From Tubiluchus corallicola (Eukaryota > Animalia > Priapulida), in the NCBI GenBank assembly GCA_030141605.1, contig JAQGDQ010001942.1, positions 1-19,882 on the forward strand: DNA of 19,882 nt. Reading direction: 5' to 3'. Position 1 is the stretch's first letter. The number at the start of each line of letters is the position of its first letter. Shown here one piece after another: positions 9,936 to 19,882 of the stretch. The translations under genes were made by a program, and so were the position numbers. The notes under the pieces were generated by a model. The model had not been told where the DNA came from. It saw nothing but the letters and a program-made list of their open reading frames with translations, and made no database searches.

Positions 9936-10332
9936 TTGTCCATTGCACAGTTAAATACCGTAAATGGCCCTGGGGCTATTGCTTGTCATAAAGAGAACTT
10001 GTGTATGTTGTGTGTCACCTAGACTGTTAATTTCACATTCTAAACAGCCTGCCCTACTTGCGACGTTTCACTTTTGCTTGCAAAGTCTGCGAGTCTATTC
10101 AAAAAGGTCAGATTTGGGAAACTGCATATAAGAGCAGTGAGCAATGGAGATGTATTTACTGACGTACGCGATCGTCATGACATCATCATGTTCATTATTA
10201 TCGTCGTTGTCATCGTCACCATAGTGGGGATGATCGTATAGAATTTTATAACGACTTCCAACTTTCAAATTTTTTACTTAGGTTACGAAACTTTTAGTTT
10301 AGACATAGGAGGTACACCCATCTTATAATAAA

Positions 10333-10593
10333 TACTAAAGTGTTCGCAGGATTAGTGTCGCCATCTACTCCAATTTTCAGTGAACTAATAGAAGTTAGTG
10401 TAAGTTAATAGCAGCTCAAGTTCACTATAATGGGGCTGGTTTACTTATTATTTCATTATATACAGCGTACTAAAGTGTTCACAGAATTAGTATCGCCATC
10501 TACTCCTATTTTCAGTGAACTAATAGAAATTAGTGTAAGTTAATAGCAGCTCAAGTTCACAATAATACGGCTGGTTTACTTATTATTTCATTA
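10333..10593. repeat. Tandem duplication, 126-bp units with 135-bp period, in gene 2 intron
   Basis: 10333-10458 and 10468-10593 align with a few substitutions. Confidence 0.92.
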
Positions 10594-10749
10594 CAAGTTA
10601 CTATCATATAATGAGGTCACACAAAATAATTCTTGTACCAATTCTTCTAGTTAACAATTACATAACAGCTGAACAACAACTTTGTTTACAAACAATAACC
10701 TGTTCCTCGTGTAGTAAACAATTATGAAGTAAATAAATAATCCACATAC

Positions 10750-10782
10750 CGCTAATAAAATAAGAAAACTAATCAGCTGCAT
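10750..10782 (-). CDS. Gene 2 exon 1, signal peptide N-part MQLISFLILLA
   Basis: gcagtcATG...GCG|gtatgt, phase 0. Joined to exon 2 it gives MQLISFLILLAVGLVKG/FYGG, a typical 17-aa signal peptide. Intron 9221-10749; precursor 163 aa. Confidence 0.8.
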
Positions 10783-11828
10783 GACTGCTGTCTTGTTTGT
10801 TAATAATATGCACGTCAAAAATACTTTCTTTATCACAACAAATATCTAAGCGTCATGTATAACTGCTTCATAAAAATGTGTGTTAGTGAAGCTACAAGCA
10901 CCGTGATGTAAAATTTAATGGGACATAATTTCATTCGAGAAGTCATGATGCATGTCGACTGATAAACTAAATTTTCGAAAATTTATAACCTACTTACGTG
11001 AGGCGACTCAAAAACCATGGGTGTTCTCTTGGTCAATGGTCACTGTTACTAATCGTCCTATTTGCGATGACGCTATCGAGATGACGCTGTAAATAGACCT
11101 ATATTCTATTTGCTAAACTGTTTTTTTTTCGTTGAATGTACAATTATTTTAAAGGACAAGAAAAGGGGTACCTGAAGTAGGTTTCAGAAAAATCGCCTTA
11201 AAAATTATATTACTTTACAGCAATTTTATGCATAAATCGTACTCGCGTTGAAGGGAATTTTCGTTTGTTTTCGTTTTAAATCTCCCGCAATACTGTTCCG
11301 ACCGAGCCATTACATGACGTCATATACGCACAACGCAAATCAGGGGAAGAAAAGGAAATGCGGTTCTTCGTTTCATAATTGTGGCAATACTGAAATCTAC
11401 GAAGAGACAGTGAACCAGCAGAGGTGTTCGACAGTTTGTGTATCCCCCCTCAAAGAGAAAAGCAAGTGCTGCAGTATAGTGATGAAATTGTCCATTACGC
11501 CTTCTGGTTGTCACACAATCACTTACACGCCCGGCCAGTCTGATGCCGTATACTGTTATCTTAATAGTTAAGAGATACCGTGGCCACTCAGCTATGCACT
11601 CGAGTCATTTTCTAACAGAAAACTCCCTTGCTAACAAAACGTAATTATATTGTAGGTTCATTTCAAGTCTTTTGCTCTCTAAATTCGCCAATTCGACTCT
11701 CTGAAATATCATCTTTAAGGATTTTTACTGTCAGTTATTCTAACTTTATAGCTTATAAAATATAGGCGTGTCACAAAGCTTCATGCATGTATGCCGGGCG
11801 TGCTTTTGTATACTTTGTAAGTTATGTA

Positions 11829-12323
11829 GGTTTTACACGTCAAATGTAGACACTAGAAAGTTCAAATGTGACTTAGGTAAGTCAAATGTAGACATAAGAA
11901 TTTCAAATGTTTTTTGGTAACTCAAATGTGACTTAGGTAAGTCAAATGTAGATGCATTACTTTGAATAAATCGATAATTAAGTTATTTAAGTGCAAATTA
12001 GAAAAAGATAAACCAAAGATCATGCATCTATTAGTAGGCCTATAACGTTGTTATTTTAACTTAGGAGCAATTATTAAATTGAAATTAAAGAAGATTAAAT
12101 TTAACATCCTTAAGCTTTACCACCTATCCACATTTGAGATACCAATGTCACATTTGACTTGACACGTGTCTACATTTGACTTACCAAAAGCGCTCAAGAT
12201 TTGTTGAAAACCATTGCTAACACATTTGACCTACCTAAGTCTACATTTGAGTTACCAAGACACATTTGAACTACCTAAATCTACATTTGAGTTAACGTAG
12301 GTCTACATCTGACATGTAAAACG
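11829..12323 (+). mobile_element. Same MITE-like family, copy C (~495 bp)
   Basis: ta|GGTTTTACACGTCAAATGTAGA ... TCTACATCTGACATGTAAAACG|ta. Same internal segment as copy B in opposite orientation, with only one ~42-bp and one 60-bp unit. Confidence 0.9.
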
Positions 12324-13569
12324 TATCAACACATCTATAATGTAAAAAATGTCACAGAAATCATTTTTTACGCTTTAAATGTACTAAGTTTTTTGTTAAG
12401 AATCTTAGTTAACGTTTTCTGTTTCTGTTAAGAAAACAGCGTACTAAATTTGTTGCTATGAATCACAGGCAGAGGCCTACAAACCCGGAAAGGAGTTTAG
12501 GATCTGTATATTCATGTTTTGTTTATGCGTTATAACGATAATACGCCGTTGAAATGTATTTGATGCCAGTAATTTCATAAAACGTAAGTTTGCTTAAAAT
12601 TAAATTTATTGTAAAACCACTGCAACAACTAATTATTAAAACTAACAATAACAACAAATAGTGATGTTTGGAAAGACTTTACACGGTCAAGCGTGCAGGC
12701 AACACTACCTATTACAACAGGTTTTGCTACAACAATAATGTTATTAAGTGTTTTGTCAAAGAAAGGTACATTCACAAAAAAACATTTCATTGTTATAGAC
12801 ATTGTTTTACATTAAAACATAAAACATTACATTGTTTTAAAATCGATTAGGCTTACCATGCCGTACTGATGATGAAGTTATTTTGATTAAGTTCATGCAA
12901 TGTGTAAATTATATAAAATGAGCTTTAAGATTCTATTCCAGAGATTCTAGATTTTGATTTGGCAACAGTATTATAACAGATACAACAGTGTCAGAATTAA
13001 ACAGGGAGTAACTTAACAATGATAAACATATAATAGTAACAACAATAATAACAACGATTAGCCTAATTTGCAAAGTAAGTGAATGGTATATACAATGATA
13101 TTGACAAAGGAATTTGTGATCTTGATTCGATAATTATAAATGTCGTGTTGCACAATTTAAAGTTTCAAAAACCTTTGATAAACGAATAATTCTACCGTAT
13201 GCGCGACAATTCCTTGTGTTACAGACAGCAAAAAAGACAAGATTTACCAAAGACATATGCAAAGGTTTAAAGTTAGTCCACGTAGTTTTTGTTTTCGTAT
13301 AAACAAAAGCTAGTAATGTAAAACTAAACTAATTAATTAAATAATTTTAAAAAGTCGTTAAAAATAAAACTGCTTTTGTAAACCTAGAAGTTGCCTTCTT
13401 TAAATTTTTTAAACAAAAAACCAACCTATCAATACATTAAGGATCATCTACATTCGCATGTAATAAGATTTAGTTTCGTCATTTAGTCAGGTTAAGTGTC
13501 AATGTATCAGGCAAACTCAATGTATTAAAGCAAGGAATCAATATTAAAGGAAATATGCTGAACTTTATA

Positions 13570-13751
13570 GGTTTTACACGTCAAATGTAGAGACAGGAAA
13601 GTTCAAATGTGACTTAGGTAAGTCAAATGTAGACACAGTGCATTTGATTTACCAAAAGCGCTTATAATTTGTTGAAAACCATTGTTAACACATTTGAACT
13701 GCCTAAATCTACATTTGACTTAATGTAGGTCTACATTTGACGCGTAAAACC
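13570..13751 (+). mobile_element. Same MITE-like family, copy D (182 bp, internally deleted)
   Basis: tata|GGTTTTACACGTCAAATGTAGA ... TCTACATTTGACGCGTAAAACC|tata. The central AT-rich segment is missing. Confidence 0.9.
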
Positions 13752-13811
13752 TATAGTAGCAAAAAAGGAATAACAGCAGTAACCGTTCCATTACTAGAAC
13801 AAATTGTTCTA

Positions 13812-14153
13812 ACTGTGCATCAATTTATATACAGGCATTCATAACATTACAAGAAGAAAAATAACTTTTATTAAAGCTTTAAAGCTTAAAAAACATGTAT
13901 CCAATTATTTTGACTGCAGCCTGCAATCATGTTCAGTGATAGACACAAACAAACAATCAGTTTTATAGTACAAAGCCTACAGTACGGAAATTGGAAATAC
14001 GCAATTAATGAATAATTTATGTACTGTAGGCTCTGCCTATGAAACTGGTTGTTTTTTTAACATTTTGTAACTTAAAGTTTTAATAAAATTTGTTTTTCTT
14101 CTTATATTCTTATTATGAATGTTAATTTTCTCAGCTTAATTGATTATCACAGT
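13812..14153. mobile_element. Decayed palindromic (foldback/MITE-like) element just 3' of gene 3
   Basis: Inner stem aaacaatcagttttatagtacaaagcctacagtac / gtactgtaggctctgcctatgaaactggttgttt. Outer stem cattcataa..aagaagaaaa..ttttattaaa / tttaataaaa..tttttcttctt..ttatgaatg. The left arm has a ~65-bp insertion. Confidence 0.6.
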
Positions 14154-14293
14154 AACTTTACTACTTTGAATGAATTTTGGGATGAAAAGATTTGACGTTT
14201 CTATTGCTATATGATATTCCTCGATTGTTTTGTTATGTTTATGAAACAAATGTACAATTTAAATAAATGCACAAGGCAAGTTGCTGTTGTTGC

Positions 14294-14824
14294 CTATTTT
14301 CCGTAGCCGTGACCGCCCACAGCTACAGCGCCAGCACCGGAACCATAACCACCAAGGTTGTACTTGCTAGCCCCGTGTCCAGCGCCCCCATAATAAGCCG
14401 CATCGCCTTTATGAATGTTTCCGTAATTATTAAACTGTCCGTAGCCGTTGTTGTTGTGGGATCCAACACTGCCCCATCCGTTTCTGTAGCCACCTCGAGA
14501 GGAACCTTGTCCAGAACCGTAACCACCCCCGCCGAAACCACCTTTGTCGTTATAGCCGGAGCCGTAGTTGTACTCGTAACCCTTTGACACGCCGCCGCCT
14601 CCGTATCCAGCTGCGTACGATCCGCCGATAGCTCCAGCACCTGTAGTTTTACCGTCACCTGGTCCGAATGGTCCTGGTCCTCGTGAGCCTCTGTACCCTC
14701 CAAATCCTCCAGTCCTGTATCGGCCACCGTATGAGTCAATATACCCTTTTCCTGGTCCTCTTGGAAATGATGGGGCGTGTTTGGGTCCTGGGTAACCGTA
14801 GTATGATGCATAAGCAAAGCCTAC
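14294..14824 (-). CDS. Gly/Tyr-rich protein gene 3, exon 2 (176 aa): VGFAYASYYGYPGPKHAPSFPRGPGKGY...GAIGGSYAAGYGGGGVSKGYEYNYGSG...GGHGYGK*
   Basis: Acceptor ctcttcgtttttatag|GTA at 14825/14824, phase 0. The frame is open for 78 codons upstream of the ORF-track start at 14590 (a GTG). Shares the core motif. Confidence 0.9.
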   Translation of the reverse strand, partial: VGFAYASYYGYPGPKHAPSFPRGPGKGYIDSYGGRYRTGGFGGYRGSRGPGPFGPGDGKTTGAGAIGGSYAAGYGGGGVSKGYEYNYGSGYNDKGGFGGGGYGSGQGSSRGGYRNGWGSVGSHNNNGYGQFNNYGNIHKGDAAYYGGAGHGASKYNLGGYGSGAGAVAVGGHGYGK

Positions 14825-15018
14825 CTATAAAAACGAAGAGCACGGCTGATCAGAACGCCATCTTTGTTTGAGATGGGTGAAAAATGCATCTTTACTGATT
14901 TAGTACAAAACTTTTAGTTCATTTTTAGTTAATTTTCATCAGGTGACATCATCATTAATTTTCAGAATCTTAAAAGCTACTACTGATGCTAAACTGTATA
15001 ACTGCAGCTCAAAATAAA

Positions 15019-15175
15019 TTACTTACTTACTTACTCCCTCACGTACTTACTCCATCACGTACGTACTTACTCACTCACTCACTCACTCACTCACTCACTC
15101 ACTCACTCACTCACTCACTCACTCACTCACTCACTACTTCACTCACTTACTTACCTACTTACCTACTTACTTGCT
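15019..15175. repeat. Compound tetranucleotide microsatellite (ACTT)n/(ACTC)n
   Basis: Pure ACTC run at ~15069-15135 flanked by ACTT/ACCT variants. Confidence 0.95.
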
Positions 15176-15703
15176 TATTTACACGAAGCCATTTTATTCG
15201 CATATATTACTAATCCTTGAATATTCGTCTGTCGTGTGGCACCCCCTTTACGACACTGATATTTTTTGTTCTGCCTTCTTATACTAGGCGAAAGTTTCGC
15301 AAATGTAAATTACAATTACCAGTCCCTGCTTACGGTGAAAGTTTATTAATACTACCCCTCGAACAGGTTAGAAACAATGTTGTACATTCGAAATGTTAAC
15401 TTGTAACCTAGCAACGGACGCAGAAGATTTTTTGTGTGTGTTTGATGGAAGTCTATCGAATTCGAGCTTGTAATTGTAAAAACGTCAGAAAACATGGAGA
15501 TTGTAGCATCAACGTGCGTCAACATGTTTTTCTAACCGCATGATTGATGTATGGAAATTTCTGTTTGATTCTGTAGTTGTTCGCAGTTCTAACAAAAGTT
15601 GAAAAATGTAGATTTGTCCGGCCATCCTAATTTTATACATTTTCAAAGGCAGCAATAGCTAGATCTTCCTTTGTCTTGCAATATACACAAAGTTTTGTGA
15701 CCG

Positions 15704-15706
15704 AAA

Positions 15707-15741
<35 letters not shown>

Positions 15742-15908
15742 GTAAGTAAATAAATAATGAATAAATAAATAAATAGGTCAATGGATAAATAAATAAATAG
15801 ATGAATAAGTAAATAAATAACTAAATAAATAAATAAACAAATTGATGAATAAGTAAATAAATAAATAGATAAATAATAAGTAAATAAATAAATAAACAAA
15901 TAAATAAC
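15704..15908. repeat. Degenerate (TAAA)n microsatellite
   Basis: Direct reading. Confidence 0.95.
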
Positions 15909-16437
15909 AGCTTTTAGTTTTTTAATTCTTTGAATACCAATGTGTATTTAATATTTGGCTTGAAAAATAGTGCACTTGTTTGCACATACTTTCCGAAAGA
16001 AATTTGCGTTTTTGTATACTTATTTTAAAAGTATTCAGAATCATATTTTTTGCTAATTTATCCATCCCATTAATAAACTTTTATAAATCCTTTTGCTTTC
16101 TTACTACGTTGTCAGTCATATTGGCCTTCAAATCTCATTTATTTAAGCAGAAAAAATGACAAGTTTAGTGGAAAGTAAATTAGTTTGAAGCTCTAAACGA
16201 GAAAGATCTTCTGACACAAGTAGTTTGAATAATAATTTATCTTGTAAGCTAAAAGCTCACGTTCATTCTTAGAGGAATTATACGCACTTGAAGCTGTGTT
16301 TAGATAATTACATACATTTATACATGCACACAGTTTAGACAAGGAAAACTGTCCTAGGTGTTTCTTTTTTGGCGGCACAATTTTCCTGCCCGTATTTGAA
16401 TAATCTGTCGTGAAAGTTCTGACTTACGGAAAAAATT

Positions 16438-16528
16438 ACAAGCCCAAATAACGCTTTATCTAAGAGGAGAAATTATGACAAGCCCAAAGACGCCCTAACT
16501 AAGGGGAGAAACTATGACCAGCACAAAT
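16438..16528. repeat. Diverged 39-40-bp tandem repeat, ~2.3 units
   Basis: acaagcccaaa..cgc..ctaag.ggagaaa.tatg units begin at 16438, 16478 and 16517. Confidence 0.75.
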
Positions 16529-16774
16529 GTATTTGTTTTGGATATGCGGGCATGTTAGCTCAAACATTTTTAAACATTTTAGACTTTGACAACTTTATAT
16601 AAAATCAACTTTAGGTATGTCTTTAATTGTGAACAGTGTAAATTTTGTACAATTTTTAATTTAGCATCATTTTACTAACCTTTGCTTTTTTTAAATATAA
16701 TATCATTTTAAAATGTACATGTGATGATATGGCATGTAGAATTACTGAAAAAATGAAATAGAAAAAGAACTTAC

Positions 16775-16804
16775 CAATGTTAGTAATAGACACAGAGTTT
16801 TCAT
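16775..16804 (-). CDS. Gene 3 exon 1, signal peptide N-part MKTLCLLLTL
   Basis: cagcaATG...TTG|gtaagt, consensus donor in phase 0. Joined it gives MKTLCLLLTLVGFAYA/SYYG with an A-X-A cleavage site. Intron 14825-16774; precursor 186 aa. Confidence 0.85.
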
Positions 16805-19128
16805 TGCTGATTAGTACACTGCAAACACGTTATATTTAACAGACGTGAATATTCAAATGACACAACAAGAGACTGGATAGACCTGCCCTAGTGTCCCACG
16901 CTTATTAGTGAGAGTGAAGTACCAGTGACACACTTTCACTTCTACAGAGGCATGTACCACAACTGGCCTTATAATAAGTACATTACAGAAATACTGGCTG
17001 CTTATTTTTGTCAAGTGACGTCCCAGCAAGCTGGTAGATAGTGACAGTACGAAACTTCGTTTCAGCCCTTTTTCCCTTTTTAGATACAAATTTAGTGTGT
17101 GAAATCCCACATTTGCTTATACTTAATATTTACATATTTTTTATTTAACAGTTCATTTGCACATTTGTTTATTTATTGTTTATTCGGTTGCTCTCTTGTT
17201 TAATTTTTTAAGTTCTTGCTTTTATTTATAGATGGCGTATATCCATAGTTTCAGCTGATTTCTAGTGTTCTATCATTCTTGACAATAAAAGACAATCTAA
17301 CCCATAATGATATATTTGAATTTTGTTACAACCTTTTGAACAGAGAATGTGTAGGCGTACGTAAATATACGGAAAATCTAATGCTGATTTATTAATGTTT
17401 GCTACAAAAGTTTATTATCATCATATATGTGTTACTTGAAAGACAGGGTGTCAGGAAATGATACTCCCCTATACTAAACTCCTTCAGGACCGCGCCATTC
17501 AAAATAGGCCCTATAAGATCTACGACTTTTTGCTACTGTATAAGCACAGACATTTATTACAAATTAGGTACTCTTCTATTCAGGAAAATCGCTGTTATCC
17601 AATCATGCTATTTGCTTATACATTTATAAGTGATTTAATTGGATAAAATTAAGAAATACAGAGCTTCAGGAAAAGCCATTCGATCAGCCAATGAGAAATT
17701 AAGGTCCTTAAACAAGAATTTTTCATTAAAATAGAGTAGACTTGAGGTCAAAGTGTATCAGAGTGTTGTGTCTGGATAGCTAAAATTCTGTGCATTAGCA
17801 CCCAAGCGATACTGTACATTGTTACAGTGCAAACATTGCAATTTCTGAAAGCTTTTTTCAATTTATTCGTCAAAAATCAATTTTTAATTTGTCTAAGGAA
17901 AGTAAATGCATTACATATATAATTTTGCATGAAAGTCCATTGTGTGAGGAGTAGAAACCTATAAAAATTGTCAAACGTAACGTAATATAGCTGTTTAGTG
18001 AGAGCAGTTTTTCATGAACCCATGCAAAATGCAGTGAACGCTTACAATCCTGAAGGAGTTAAAACTTATCTCAGTTAATAGATACAAACGTAACAGATAC
18101 AAATTAATACTTTAGCCGTCAAGTAGGGACTCATTTTCGTAAAATTCTTTACAATGTTTTAGTACCAGAAATAAAAAATTAATGAAGTTCACCAGTCATG
18201 TCACCATTATCACAGAGAAAGTTCGAGAAATCAACATGAATCGTGTTCTATCCGTTTATTGGCATCGGTACTGCGAACAACTGCACTACTATAGATATTA
18301 AGATAAGTTTTTTTACTCAAAATTAAATGCTTTTTACGAGTTTTTGTCATTTTTTATGTATTCCTTTCTTTTTCATTTGTGTACAGGGCATGCAATCATT
18401 TGTGAACGTCGTTTACTTGAAAAAAACAATGTACAAATCTACTAAGATTAAAATTTATCATTGTTACTAATAAAAAAGCTAATGTAGCTATTTTAAAGTG
18501 GGCAAGTGCAGTGAGAGTTTTCGGTCTTTAGAATTTCAGCAGCCTTTCTTGAAACGAGAATTTTTTAAAGACAAAACTTTCACCTAAAAGTTAATTATTA
18601 CGTATTTGCATAATGAGGGCAGCAGGTCAGTCAGACGTGAAAGTTTTAGAGGCGGTTACGAACAGGTCACAGTAAAGCAGTTATAGTTAACACCGAAAAT
18701 AAGCGTATGCCTCTCATTTGAAGACTAGATTACAAGGCAGGCTTAACCAACATGACAGTTTGGCGCAAGGAATAACACTTTATGGCACTGTTGTTAGCGT
18801 CTCAAGTATCGCCGCCATCTTTCTACTACTAGCGAAAAACTTGTGCATAATTATTGGAAAAAGATCAAATTTAAGGTAAATTAAAGCGAAATAAAGAATT
18901 TGTTTTTAAATCTTCTTTAAACACTGGGTTTAACAGCACAATAATCCAAAACCATTTATCTTACAAAACGTTTCGGAAAAATCCTCTTTCATAATCGTAT
19001 GACTCTGAAAGCTGCAAAAAATTATGCCAATCTAAAAACAACCCTGCTTGCCTATACAATTAAAAAAATACAACAACGTCACAGTGCCTACTGTAAAAAC
19101 TTTACCATTTCATGACAAGCATCAATAG

Positions 19129-19757
19129 AGTCTTGAAGTCTTGAATAATATACTTCTAAAAGTCTCACGACATACTAGAAATTTTGGGGTGCGCATGGTT
19201 AATATACACCCTGCAACTCGCTAATTGGTGATGGGAGGTGAGACAAGCAAAACAAACATGGTGTGTGCGGGCTAAAAACACAGTTAGATTTACAGACAGG
19301 TTAGGTGGCATGGCATCCTTATGGCAGAAACAGCAGAGGGTGCTAGTGCTCGGGAGTGATCTCTAAAAGTGATTTCTCTGATATCCGGTGGAAGTTTGTT
19401 CCACAAACGTATTGCTCTGGGGTAGAAGGAGTATAAATAAATATTGATTCTTTCTGATGGCTGAAAACATGTGTTGTTATCTTTGAGAGATGGGGTGATG
19501 TAAGTTGGTAAATTTATACTTATCCTGTGATGCACTATATCATGAAAGATGTTTAATATCGTTTGTCTAATTTCTAGTGTTTCCCACCCGAGTTCGGAGA
19601 TCATCTTAGATACTTCAGCATTTCTGGTATATTCATTTCGCACAAATCGTGCTGCATTTCGCTGGACTTGCTTGATGTCAGTAATTGTGTATGGGTTCCA
19701 GGCTGCGATACCATATTCTAGTTTGGATCTGACCAGGGTTTGATATGCTCTTTCTTT
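19129..19757 (-). mobile_element. 5'-truncated non-LTR retrotransposon (CR1-group LINE): ORF2 C-terminus plus 3' UTR
   Basis: Frame 19757-19290 reads KERAYQTLVRSKLEYGIAAWNPY..KQVQRNAARFV..ELGWETLE..SFYPRAIRLWNKLP, the typical post-RT C-terminal motifs of CR1/L2-group ORF2. Probable 3' tail (TCAAGACT)x2 at 19129-19144. Confidence 0.85.
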
Positions 19758-19882
19758 GTTGATGACAAAGACGAATGAGTAATGTACAATTCGGCTTTAA
19801 AACTCAATCTGGTATTTCAAATTTGATTTTTTTTCGATTTGAGTAATACTGTATGTTCATTTTTAGTAAGATTTTTATTATA

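Noticed and set aside
14986-15899. ORFs LTHSLTHS... and FIYLFIYL...
   Set aside because: They are translations of the ACTC and TAAA microsatellites.

Overview
AT-rich eukaryotic (animal-like, probably invertebrate) genomic DNA with spliceosomal introns and no prokaryotic features. The main content is a head-to-tail cluster of three paralogous minus-strand genes, about 6 kb apart, encoding small secreted Gly/Tyr/His-rich proteins with Cys-free mature chains. The ORF track captures them only partly. Each has a large coding exon that starts Val-Gly in phase 0 after a polypyrimidine-AG acceptor (2845, 9220, 14824). For two genes I found the short signal-peptide exon 1.5-2 kb upstream (10750-10782, 16775-16804). 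All three share an IG..GGGG..YNYGxG..D core. The first gene's main exon sits between the arms of a ~2 kb inverted repeat (1-~2073 vs ~3642-5849) that runs off the window edge. Four copies of one non-autonomous DNA transposon (TIR GGTTTTACACGTCAAATGTAGA) carry internal 42/60-bp arrays of very different length. Other content: a five-copy GTCACGTGAC E-box minisatellite in an intron, a 5'-truncated CR1-group LINE, an old palindromic element, a possible Helentron-type non-autonomous element, small duplications and microsatellites. One stretch (1916-2140) looks like degraded base-calling.
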